Shown here: piece by piece, positions 49,139-58,498 of the stretch
Numbering within the stretch: position 1 is the first letter of the stretch
Layout: each line of letters opens with the position of its first letter
Position numbers and translations under genes: made by a program
Assembly: GCA_946965045.2 (NCBI GenBank)
Contig: OX337234.1
Location: 3,038,001 to 3,102,000, forward strand
DNA: 64,000 nucleotides
Source of the DNA: Epithemia pelagica
Taxonomy: Eukaryota > Protista > Bacillariophyta
Reading direction: 5' to 3'
Notes under the pieces: generated by a model
Databases searched by the model: none
What the model saw: the letters and a program-made list of their open reading frames with translations, nothing else
What the model was told of the DNA's origin: nothing

Positions 49139-51526
49139 TTATTGCGAATCTTGAGTCAAGAGATACTCTTGTAGGTGCTTGTGGAACCGCAGATTCTGGT
49201 CTCGTTTCTCAGCTGCGGCCTGTGCGTACGCAGGATCCTTTCGTTGCCGCACCCTTTGGTATCGCGCCTCATGACGACGCTTTTGACGGTCTTCCGGAGC
49301 CCATGGTGGCGTGTTGCTTCGATCGACATGATGGCCCCCCAGTTTGCGGAGGTATCGGCCACCACCCGCAGAACCTTCGGTGTTCAAGGGCTGCGGGGGA
49401 TTGTTCGCACACTCCTCTCCACAACAGGTACAACAAGCGCCCAGTTCACAGACAACTTCGGGATTGGACACGGCACAATCGGCTTCCAAGACTTGCAAAA
49501 AGCCACGAGGCCAAACAATGTTACAAATTTCTGGCGGCATGGCACCCACCAAATCATTGGCTTCTAATTCCAATCGATCCATGCTCGCCATATTGGCCAA
49601 CTGAGATGGAATTTCTCCATTGAGTTTGTTTCCGTACAACCACATTTGCTTCATTTTAGACAAGTTGCCCAATTCCGATGGGATAACTCCCGTCAAACCT
49701 AGTTTGGTAAAGGAAAGGGAGGCCAAATTGGAATACTGGCCCAGTTCGGTGGGAATACCACCTCCAAGGTCGGCGTTATTGTCAATCCACAGTTCCACCA
49801 AGTCAGGCGTTTGATCGGGAGTCGTCCAAATAGTCAAATCGCCTGTCAAAAAAGAGTTGTCGGCATACATGAATCGTAGCTTGCTCAAATTAGCAATGGA
49901 TGCTACCAAGGTCGAATTGATACGATTGCCACCAATATCCAAATAAGCCAAGTTTTGCAAGTTGGCAAAGACTTGGTCGCGCAAGGGACCGTAATAAAAG
50001 GCATAGGACAGATCCAAAATTTCCAAATTCACGAGGTGGCCAATGGCTGGATGAATTCCATTATAATAGAATCCCGTATCGGCCAAATCGAGTTCCCGAA
50101 GATTGGACATTTCTCCCAACCAAGCGTTTCCAGCATCTCCATCATTGAACACCCAGGCTCTGGTCAGGACCAACACCGTCAAGGAATCCTTGAACAATTG
50201 TGTTTCGGGAGGAAAGGTACCTGTCAAAAAGTTGTAGGATAAATCAATTTCGGATACTTGACCTTGCTCGGTGCATTGAATTCCATACCAGAGACATTCA
50301 TTTGGTTCCGTCAGCCACCCATCTTCTTGGAGCCACCCTCGCGTGACCGCACCTTGACCCAGCGCGAGGCGAGTAAACTCTGTTTCCACCCAATAGGTCG
50401 CATGGTAGATGCATGCCAAGACAAAGCGTTGAAGGGTGCGCGAGGTATCATGCAACTCGGGATCGTGGTTCTCTTCGAGCCATTGCATGGCCTTGTACTG
50501 ATACGAGTCCTGGTCCAGCAGAGACAATCCAAAATCGGGCAATCGGGGTTGGAGAAAGAAGTAGAGTTCCGACGTGGGAGCATTCGATGGGTCCGCAGAG
50601 GGCAAGGATGACGGCACCGAAGATGTCGACGGCTGAGTCGAGGGAGTCTTGGAGGGAGAGATGGATGGTTGAGAGGACATGGAGGGTTGAGAGGAAGGAA
50701 CAGCCGATGTAGAGGGTGTGGACGAGGGACGTTCTGATGGTTTCGACGTTGATGGTTCTTGCGAAGGTATTCTTGATGGGAACTGCGAAGGACGGAGTGA
50801 AGGCTTGAAAGAATTGGAGGGTTCCTGAGATGGTGGTTGTGAAGGTAATCCCGAAGGAAGAGAGGACAAAGATGGCTCTTGCGAGGGTATTTCCGATGGG
50901 ACAGCAGAGGGTACCACGGAGGGCTCAAAGGAAGACGATGGTTCCTGCGAAGGGGTTGTCGATGGCCGTAACGAAAGAGATGGTTCTTGAGATGGCCGCA
51001 ACGATAACGATGGTTCTTGAGAGGGAAGATTGGATGGTTCGATTGAGGGTTCAGAGGAACTAGATGGCTCCTCCGAAGGTACAAGAGACGGCATGGATGT
51101 AGCCGATGGTTGTGATGATTGCGAAGGAGTAGCGGATGGAGCAGCGCTCGTGCTCGGTTGCCCTGAAGGAGCCGAGGATTGAGATGGTAGCTGTGAAGGA
51201 ACTTCGGATGGCATGAAGGAAGGAACGCTCGAGTCAGTTGGTACCGTAGAAGGTGAATTTGATGGCTGATCAGAGGGTTCTTTTGAGGGAATATCCGACG
51301 GCGGATTGGATGGAATCCATGAGGGGAGATTGGATTTGGATGGCTGATTGGATGGAAGCAATGAAGGAAATACGGAGGGAATTGCACTTGGTATTGTGGA
51401 GGGAGATTCCGAGGGTATGGATGTCGGCTCTTGTGCTCCTATTATTGGCACCATGGCGCACCATGTGAACAATAAAATTGCCACGGAGGAAGATCCTCCC
51501 TTTGTACGTCGCATCCAATGTGTCAT
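49139..51526 (-). CDS. Secreted leucine-rich-repeat protein with a long PSxxPS stalk
   Basis: Signal peptide, about 290 aa of PS-rich repeats, YKAMQWLE...LQRFVLACIY, WL..PNECLWYGIQC cap, LxxLxLxxNxLxGxIP repeats, Cys-rich LEADC...CTCC end. ATG at 51526. Confidence 0.92.
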   Translation of the reverse strand: MTHWMRRTKGGSSSVAILLFTWCAMVPIIGAQEPTSIPSESPSTIPSAIPSVFPSLLPSNQPSKSNLPSWIPSNPPSDIPSKEPSDQPSNSPSTVPTDSSVPSFMPSEVPSQLPSQSSAPSGQPSTSAAPSATPSQSSQPSATSMPSLVPSEEPSSSSEPSIEPSNLPSQEPSLSLRPSQEPSLSLRPSTTPSQEPSSSFEPSVVPSAVPSEIPSQEPSLSSLPSGLPSQPPSQEPSNSFKPSLRPSQFPSRIPSQEPSTSKPSERPSSTPSTSAVPSSQPSMSSQPSISPSKTPSTQPSTSSVPSSLPSADPSNAPTSELYFFLQPRLPDFGLSLLDQDSYQYKAMQWLEENHDPELHDTSRTLQRFVLACIYHATYWVETEFTRLALGQGAVTRGWLQEDGWLTEPNECLWYGIQCTEQGQVSEIDLSYNFLTGTFPPETQLFKDSLTVLVLTRAWVFNDGDAGNAWLGEMSNLRELDLADTGFYYNGIHPAIGHLVNLEILDLSYAFYYGPLRDQVFANLQNLAYLDIGGNRINSTLVASIANLSKLRFMYADNSFLTGDLTIWTTPDQTPDLVELWIDNNADLGGGIPTELGQYSNLASLSFTKLGLTGVIPSELGNLSKMKQMWLYGNKLNGEIPSQLANMASMDRLELEANDLVGAMPPEICNIVWPRGFLQVLEADCAVSNPEVVCELGACCTCCGEECANNPPQPLNTEGSAGGGRYLRKLGGHHVDRSNTPPWAPEDRQKRRHEARYQRVRQRKDPAYAQAAAEKRDQNLRFHKHLQEYLLTQDSQ

Positions 51527-52456
51527 TATCACGTCCTACTTCTTTTCTCGTGGATTGGGTGTTTCAGCGCTTCTTCTCAAAGACCAAAGAATAGGGACGA
51601 GAGGGAAGATACGAGATCAGCACATGTCTCAATCTGGTGTTTTTCTGGGTCATTCCGATTGTTGTAGAAATTTTCCTTTTCTCCCTCATTCGCTTGTCAC
51701 CGGCCACAAACGCTGCAAAACTGCGCGACTCTTCGGTCCAGGAACTCCAACCAAAAGATGAGGGGAGGCGAACCTGCGTCTTTAGGCCGACAAGTCTGCC
51801 GGTGACACTCCTAACTATTTTTGGTGAAAGAGCTCGTTCTCGTGCGCAACGGAGCGACGGCCGACCTCAACGGCTCGTATTCAAAGATTCTCTACTTGCA
51901 AAACGGTGGACATGCGTATTCTTCGGAGTATGAAGCGACCGACGGTCGCCTCATGGGGACGCATGATCCGTGACTAATACACGGGACCCAATCCACAAAG
52001 GAGTGGCGGTTGCCGTTGACAAGATTCTTCGCCTTGAAACTGGCGAACCACAGAGCGGCCAGCTCATCCGGCTTTTGGATTTTGGTGCCTACCACAGATG
52101 ACACACACACTTCTCTCTTGGTTTTTGTGTGTTTTGGGTTGTCCGCATTCATTCAGTTTTGGATTTGGATATCATCCCCCTCTTGCTCTTGCCAGATTGA
52201 TCGACAACTTTGTTGAATCTGACAGAGATTCTCTTTAGATCTCTCTCTGGTTATTCTTTTTCAAGAGAGGATAACAAAAAGAGAGACAGAGAGCGAACGG
52301 AGGACACGATACTGCGAAACAGAGGGCAATCCAGATTTGCTGGTTGGAAGATTCGATTGCGGGTCGTTCGATCTACTACGACATTCAAAAAAGAAGACAA
52401 AGCAACAACAACAACAACAACAACAACAGCAGTAGAGTGAGAGTGGATGCCAACGA

Positions 52457-55132
52457 ATGACGGATTCGATACAACCAGCAGAGGCCACTCCATACGACCA
52501 TAACAATCACCACCACCACGACGAAGAACGAGTGGGATTGCTCGCTTCGGTAGCCGCCATTCTACAACCCCAACAACACCACCATACTAGCAACAGTAGG
52601 ACGGTTTCTGCCAGGTCGTCTTCGTCGTCCGAGTCGGACTCGAATGACTCGATTGTTTCATCCACAACGGGCTTGTCGCTTCCTCCCATTATGGATGCCA
52701 ATCCTAGTACGAATCACAACAATGGACGCATTCGTCTTTCACTGGTTCCGAATGATTCGGAGGATTCGAATGCCGTGCCACTGGGAAATCGGTGGGCGGC
52801 ACCCTCCACTCGACATAACGGTGGCAGCAGTGGCAGTCGTCGTTGGACCCGTGGCTGGTTTTCCTCCACCACCACCGAGTATGCTCCCGTGGTCCACACT
52901 AGCGGTACGACCCTGTCCACCTCCTTTCCCAGTACCAGTACCTTTATGGTAGACGAACATGACGACGACCAACCAGAACAACAACAACGAGAAGAAGATA
53001 TCGGAATGGAGGAAGCATTGGTTTCGTATCAACGCAGCCGATCGCGATCGCCGACACGAATGGCCAAACCACAACAAGAGCCACACTCGTCACCACAACA
53101 ACCACAACGATCACGACAGTCACCTTCTTGTTCGTCCTTGTCGTCGTCACGATGGAAATTGGTCTTGATTCTGGGAGTCTTGGTCTTTTGCATGACCCTT
53201 GTCGTCTCCAATACGTGTTGGACCTGTACAACGTCAAAAACGTCAACAACAAGTCGTCGCTGGAACTGGTTTGGATGGTGGAGTGGTCGTTCGGGATCCA
53301 CCAACGACAACAAGAACAACCCAACAAATACTACCGAACGGACGTTTTTGCAAAACCAATTTCCCCAATTGGTCTGGCAGCCGGCCTGTCCCGAAGCACC
53401 CTACGATTATATTGGTCGATTGCAATTTTGTCAAGGTCCCACGGACCAATTCAACAATACCTACTATGGTTTTCGCTTGCAGTCCAATCAATCGTGTGGG
53501 GGATGGTCGGGACCTCATGGTCCACCACCCAATCCCGTGATTCGCATGCAAGCGGGGAAACGATATCACTTGATTCTGGAAAATACGGCGCCCCAGGATG
53601 CCACCAATTTGCATTTGCATGGCTTGCACATTGCCAGTTATGGACCAGCCGACAATGTCTTGACGCAATCCGTGGATGCCGGCAAGTGCATTTCGTACCA
53701 CTATCACGTCCCGGCTCATCACATGGAGGGTGTCCATTGGTATCACACACACTTGTTTGGACGGACCTTGGCCCAAATCAATGGCGGAGCCTTTGGACTC
53801 CTGCTCATTGATCCGGCAGACGAGAACGAGAACGACGATACCGACCAGGACGAAACCGAGTCGAGTCGGAGTAGTAGTAGTACTACTACTACGACGACAA
53901 CAACCACGACGACAGCCCCAGGACCCCTCGCACGAACCGCAACCATACCTCCTCGACCCGACTTTGTCTACCATCAACAATTCATTGTCCTGTTCACCTC
54001 CAAACGCTGGGCTCCCGAACCGCATTCCGATACTGTGGTTCCACCATCCTCCTCCCGGCACAAGAAGGTACCACATACAACCGTCAATGGCTTGCCCGTG
54101 GGAACCGCCACCCTGGACGTACCGGCCCATCAATGGACGCGACTCAGTCTCTTGGTGGTGGATACCAAAGATGCCGTGGCACGGCAAGTTCGATTCGATC
54201 CCCAGGCTTGTCACGTTCATGCCATTGCCTTTGATGGCGTGTGGCGCAATCGTGTCGGCGGGGAATCGGCCCCCGAGTCTCCCGTCTTTTCGGTGACGGG
54301 AGCCAGTCGGTTGGATGTCGCCATTCAGTGCCGTCGCGACAGTGGCATTTGGTATCGTCCCACCTACAGCGACGATCCGACTCTGCAAGAAACCACTGTC
54401 GAGAAAGATGAACCCGTACTGACGTTAAAAGTGACGGGTCACAACAACAACAACAACGACGATGATGACAATGGTGCATTGGAACTGTGGATCCCTCCGC
54501 GACCCAGTTATTTGCAATCTCTCCTGACAGCTTCGGAAACGGAGGAATTGCACTTTACCGCAGAGGACACCCTTGCGGATGGATTTGAAACCAACACGTT
54601 GCGCGTCAATATCACACCCTCCCAAATCAATGGTGTCGCCTTTTACGTTGGCATTCCGCCCTTGGCCACGTTGCATTACGGAACGGTCCAACAATGGAGT
54701 TTGGACTATACGCAGTATCATCCCTTTCATTTGCATGGTCATCACATGCAAGTCGTCTCGCCCGGTGGCTGTGGCAATGTCTATCAACAAGGCGAATGGT
54801 TTGATACCATTGCCGCCGGCTACGCCATGGATATCCAAACGCCCTGCCGGGTCCGCTTTCGATTGCGGGGCGACGATGGAGCCGCCGGTCCCGTCCTCTT
54901 TCATTGTCATACCCTCGACCATGAAACCGCCATGGCGTGGGTCAATGTCGTGAATCATGACGACGACAATGACAACAACAACGACATCAACAACCACAAT
55001 CATCCACATCATCACGTGGGCGATGCCACCACGGCCGCCGGATCCAATCCCAATCCATGGCAGGCTCCGGGGGCACCGCAAAAACCATTGGCGCAATGCC
55101 AGGCCGATGCGTGTTACCAACACAACCATTAG
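52457..55132 (+). CDS. Membrane-anchored multicopper oxidase
   Basis: All four copper-binding motifs: HLHGLH, WYHTH, HPFHLHGH, FHCHTLDHETAM. One TM helix follows a disordered N-terminus. Confidence 0.93.
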   Translation: MTDSIQPAEATPYDHNNHHHHDEERVGLLASVAAILQPQQHHHTSNSRTVSARSSSSSESDSNDSIVSSTTGLSLPPIMDANPSTNHNNGRIRLSLVPNDSEDSNAVPLGNRWAAPSTRHNGGSSGSRRWTRGWFSSTTTEYAPVVHTSGTTLSTSFPSTSTFMVDEHDDDQPEQQQREEDIGMEEALVSYQRSRSRSPTRMAKPQQEPHSSPQQPQRSRQSPSCSSLSSSRWKLVLILGVLVFCMTLVVSNTCWTCTTSKTSTTSRRWNWFGWWSGRSGSTNDNKNNPTNTTERTFLQNQFPQLVWQPACPEAPYDYIGRLQFCQGPTDQFNNTYYGFRLQSNQSCGGWSGPHGPPPNPVIRMQAGKRYHLILENTAPQDATNLHLHGLHIASYGPADNVLTQSVDAGKCISYHYHVPAHHMEGVHWYHTHLFGRTLAQINGGAFGLLLIDPADENENDDTDQDETESSRSSSSTTTTTTTTTTTAPGPLARTATIPPRPDFVYHQQFIVLFTSKRWAPEPHSDTVVPPSSSRHKKVPHTTVNGLPVGTATLDVPAHQWTRLSLLVVDTKDAVARQVRFDPQACHVHAIAFDGVWRNRVGGESAPESPVFSVTGASRLDVAIQCRRDSGIWYRPTYSDDPTLQETTVEKDEPVLTLKVTGHNNNNNDDDDNGALELWIPPRPSYLQSLLTASETEELHFTAEDTLADGFETNTLRVNITPSQINGVAFYVGIPPLATLHYGTVQQWSLDYTQYHPFHLHGHHMQVVSPGGCGNVYQQGEWFDTIAAGYAMDIQTPCRVRFRLRGDDGAAGPVLFHCHTLDHETAMAWVNVVNHDDDNDNNNDINNHNHPHHHVGDATTAAGSNPNPWQAPGAPQKPLAQCQADACYQHNH

Positions 55133-55473
55133 TAATGACAGGTGCGGGATGCAACAACAACATTACGTGCAGGAGAAGCACTCACATGTATATATATTAT
55201 AGAAGAAAGGCTCCCATCGCAACGTTGGTCGTTTCTTTTTTTGAACCAACAGACGTACCTTATTGCTCTGGTATTTTCCGTTTTGTGTACATACACCAAT
55301 GCAAAAGTTGACCGTCGAGAGTCAGAAACGGATAATATGAGATTGTCCTTTGGAGGGAACTATGAGGCTACCGAGTTGAACAAACGTTGACGAAAGGAAA
55401 GAAAGAACCCAAGCCACTACGATGGTAGCGCTACCACTTGCCCATGGATACTAGAGACTGGCTTATTGTGATC

Positions 55474-55731
55474 TCCGATAACAAGCACCCAAAGGACGAC
55501 GATGACACCAATCCCGGTGGCTCGACCAAGTCGCAACAAGAAGATGTCATTCATTCTCAACAACACAATCACTATCATTATGGGATTCACCTCACCTATT
55601 TGGGGAATGATGAACGACAACCATAGAGAGTCGACAAGCATGACGCGGAACCAAACTACCTACCTAGAGAGAACGAAAGTGCCAATCAATACCTCCATCG
55701 ACCGCACAAGGTAGCACAGCCATTCTACAGG
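55474..55731 (+). pseudogene. Truncated inverted copy of the DUF1769 gene's 3' end and 3' UTR
   Basis: Matches the reverse complement of about 25576-25873. Encodes STKSQQEDVIHSQQHNHYHYGIHLTYLGNDERQP* versus STKSQQEEDAIHWQQHNRYHFGIQLTYLGNGERQP*, and shares UTR blocks such as GAGAGTCGACAAGCATGAC, AAGTGCCAATCAAT and CAGCCATTCTACAGG. Confidence 0.9.
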
Positions 55732-55940
55732 ACCTTAGTCTCCGTCTTGCTGGCCGCATAACTGCGAGTAGTGTAGGAGTATAAGATCTCTGGAACATAG
55801 ATTATTGTTATGATATCCGTATTGGAGTACCTTGCACTCCATATTAGAGGATTGACCTAGGCGCGACTACCATGCGCCGAAGCACAGACGGAGGAGGAGT
55901 ACCTCCACTCCGACTCCGAGCGCGAAAGGACTGCATCCCC

Positions 55941-55982
55941 CTGCGCGCACAAGACGTTAATGGCTGTTCCGAATTTTGTCAC
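55941..55982 (+). promoter_or_regulatory. Conserved upstream element of DNMT copy C
   Basis: CTGCGCGCACAAGACGTTAA (55941-55960) followed by TGTCAC (55977-55982), about 220 bp before the ATG. Confidence 0.7.
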
Positions 55983-56181
55983 GGTCACACTTTGCACTTT
56001 GGGCTTTACTCCTCCCTCACAAAAACCAAGACAAATAATCATCCCCATCCCATTTTTTAGTAGTTGATTCTGATCTCCTTTTGCCCTTTTGTCCAACGAT
56101 ATACCAGTATTGTCAGGTGTCGTTGGATAGGGAATCAAAGAATCTGAATTATCGAAGGAGTACGTAATAAACTCTTTGAAG

Positions 56182-58101
56182 ATGGACCAGGACGATTTTT
56201 CTCTGGCATCAATCATGGAGGAGGCCGACGATGACGACATGACCGATGATGACGAGTACATGGAGAGTAACGGCATCATCGTTCAAAATCCATTGTCACC
56301 TTCAACCGGTCATGATATAAAGACTTTCGGTGATCTCGTCCAAGACATAATGTCACGTTCAACCGGCGATGACGAGGACATGAAGAAATACGCTAATCTC
56401 CTTCAAGACACCGAATCACCCTTGGACTTGACGGAACAGGAACTTTTCCTGTTTACACAAGGCTATCCTCTTGATGACGAAAAGGCTATGGACCACGACG
56501 ACAAGAAAAGTGATCCGGTACATTCCATTTCCGATTGCTCCACATCGGACGAAGAGGATTGGAAGGAGACTGAAACAGGGTCGTTGAAAAAGAGAAAGTA
56601 CTGGAGTTCCACCCTTACACAGAATGGCATTTCCTTGTCCAAGCGGCCGTCTTTGCCTCGTGATGTTTCCAAGAATTATGTGACGTACAAAAAGAGGAGT
56701 TTCATGAACAACAATCGACTTTTGGAAGTCGGCCAAACGTTTCGGTACTCAATAAAGGGAACACCCTGTTTTGTGCGGGTTGCTCGCTTTTGCATGGAGA
56801 TAAAGCGTCGTTTCGATTGCGCATACTGTGACGTTGTATATATTGATATACAAGATACCTTTCTCGAATCTAAACTCGCAAAGGCACTAATAAAGAGCGA
56901 AACGTGGCTAGCTGTCAACCACTCGAAGGATAAAATGAACTGGAAGCAGCGCTCAGATGTATATGTGCCCTTGGCCAAACTAGGAGAAGAAATAACTGTA
57001 GATCGGGAGCCAAAATGGACCTATGAGATTAACCGAAAGCCGGGAACGCATGGCGAAGGCTATGAAGCGTGTTTTACATACTCTGATGATGATGAAGTGC
57101 CACATAGAGCGAAGCCAGAACGCACTTATCCGAACGTACTTGATTTGTTCGCCGGCGCCGGTGGGGCAGCTTTGGGATTCGCCAAAGCCGGTATGTGCGT
57201 CAAGTACGCAGTGGATAATAGTCCAGCAGCAATTGCAACGCTCGAACGGAACAGATCCCACCTTCAAATCGCTGGCCATGACGAAGAAATGGTCACCTTT
57301 GAAGAACCCGTCAGTGTTTTTCTGGATCGAAGTGAGAAGAGAGAACTGGATTATCCCGAACCTCAAGATATTGACCATATCCATGCCAGCCCCCCTTGCC
57401 AAGGCTTTTCGACTGCAAATGTGAAAGGAGGCAAGAACGACGCAAGGAACAACGAAAAATCACTTCAATTCATGAATGCAATAGAGTTGTTTCAGCCCAC
57501 CACAGCCTCGTTTGAAAACGTGACTGGCATGCTCCGATCCAAGCATCGAGGTTATGCACAAAAGATTGTTTCTACCTTGCTTTTGAAAAAATATCAAGTA
57601 CGAATTTCCATCACGAATTCATGGGACTATGGTGATCCACAAAAACGATGTCGTCTCTGGTTATTTGCTTCCCGTCCAAATGTCGAGCTACCGGACGTTC
57701 CACCTCCGGTCAAAGAGAAGAGACGACTACGGGAGGCGCTTGGTCCCTTGTCTCGAGTTCTGCCCACACGTGGAGGTGGTCGCGTTCGAGTCGACGGAGT
57801 GATTGTGTTGGATCATTGCATTGAAGAGACCAAACTGAAGAAGAACTGTGAACATCTAAGCCAAACAGTTGGAGGGGCGCCCACGATCCTGTGTCAAAGA
57901 AACATTAAACACCACTTTTTGAACAGGTGCATCACGGTTCGAGAACGTGCAACGATACAGAGCTTTCCCCTTACATACAAGTTCAGCGGTACTTCTCGGC
58001 AACAAAAACAACTCATTGGGAACGCAGTTCCCGTGAACTTTGCCTGGGCTGTGGCCCAAAGCTTTGCAAAATCGTATCGTCTACATCTGGCTGACATCTA
58101 G
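56182..58101 (+). CDS. DNMT4: DNA (cytosine-5)-methyltransferase, RID/Masc1 (DNMT4)-like, copy C
   Basis: DLFAGAGG, HASPPCQGFS, GGKNDARNN, SFENVTG, DYGDPQKRCR, TVRERATIQSFP, QLIGNAVP; first ATG at 56182. Confidence 0.88.
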   Translation: MDQDDFSLASIMEEADDDDMTDDDEYMESNGIIVQNPLSPSTGHDIKTFGDLVQDIMSRSTGDDEDMKKYANLLQDTESPLDLTEQELFLFTQGYPLDDEKAMDHDDKKSDPVHSISDCSTSDEEDWKETETGSLKKRKYWSSTLTQNGISLSKRPSLPRDVSKNYVTYKKRSFMNNNRLLEVGQTFRYSIKGTPCFVRVARFCMEIKRRFDCAYCDVVYIDIQDTFLESKLAKALIKSETWLAVNHSKDKMNWKQRSDVYVPLAKLGEEITVDREPKWTYEINRKPGTHGEGYEACFTYSDDDEVPHRAKPERTYPNVLDLFAGAGGAALGFAKAGMCVKYAVDNSPAAIATLERNRSHLQIAGHDEEMVTFEEPVSVFLDRSEKRELDYPEPQDIDHIHASPPCQGFSTANVKGGKNDARNNEKSLQFMNAIELFQPTTASFENVTGMLRSKHRGYAQKIVSTLLLKKYQVRISITNSWDYGDPQKRCRLWLFASRPNVELPDVPPPVKEKRRLREALGPLSRVLPTRGGGRVRVDGVIVLDHCIEETKLKKNCEHLSQTVGGAPTILCQRNIKHHFLNRCITVRERATIQSFPLTYKFSGTSRQQKQLIGNAVPVNFAWAVAQSFAKSYRLHLADI

Positions 58102-58498
58102 CCAAAGACTAAGTTCCATTGTGATAATTCTGTACATGTTATACAAACTACGGTACTCCTACAATCGAAATAGGTAGCTATTCTTGTTTTTGTTATCATC
58201 TGACCAGGTCTTTGTCGACGGTCAAGCAATCACTCATAAGAGCAATTCTCCAGAGGCAGGACATCGCTGTTCGGCTCATTCCTCTCATTTGTAGATCCAG
58301 ATATGATATTATCTAGTTGTGATATTAGACATTTGCAAGTGATATAATTATTATGCAAATTGTGTGGAGATGTAGCAACTGCACTATGAAAGCATTCCAA
58401 TGTACACAAATATCGGAGAACACACCCGCATCAGCAGCAAAAAAAGAGTTCTCTTCTTCCTCTGCTATTCCTCATGGTCTTGACATTCAACAAGAAAC

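Noticed and set aside
50570-51440. PSxxPS repeat tract as a novel repeat element
   Set aside because: An ordinary coding stalk common in diatom secreted proteins.
52403-52426. (CAA)n tract upstream of the multicopper oxidase, and similar tracts
   Set aside because: CAA/ACA microsatellites are ubiquitous in this sequence, in both UTRs and coding regions.
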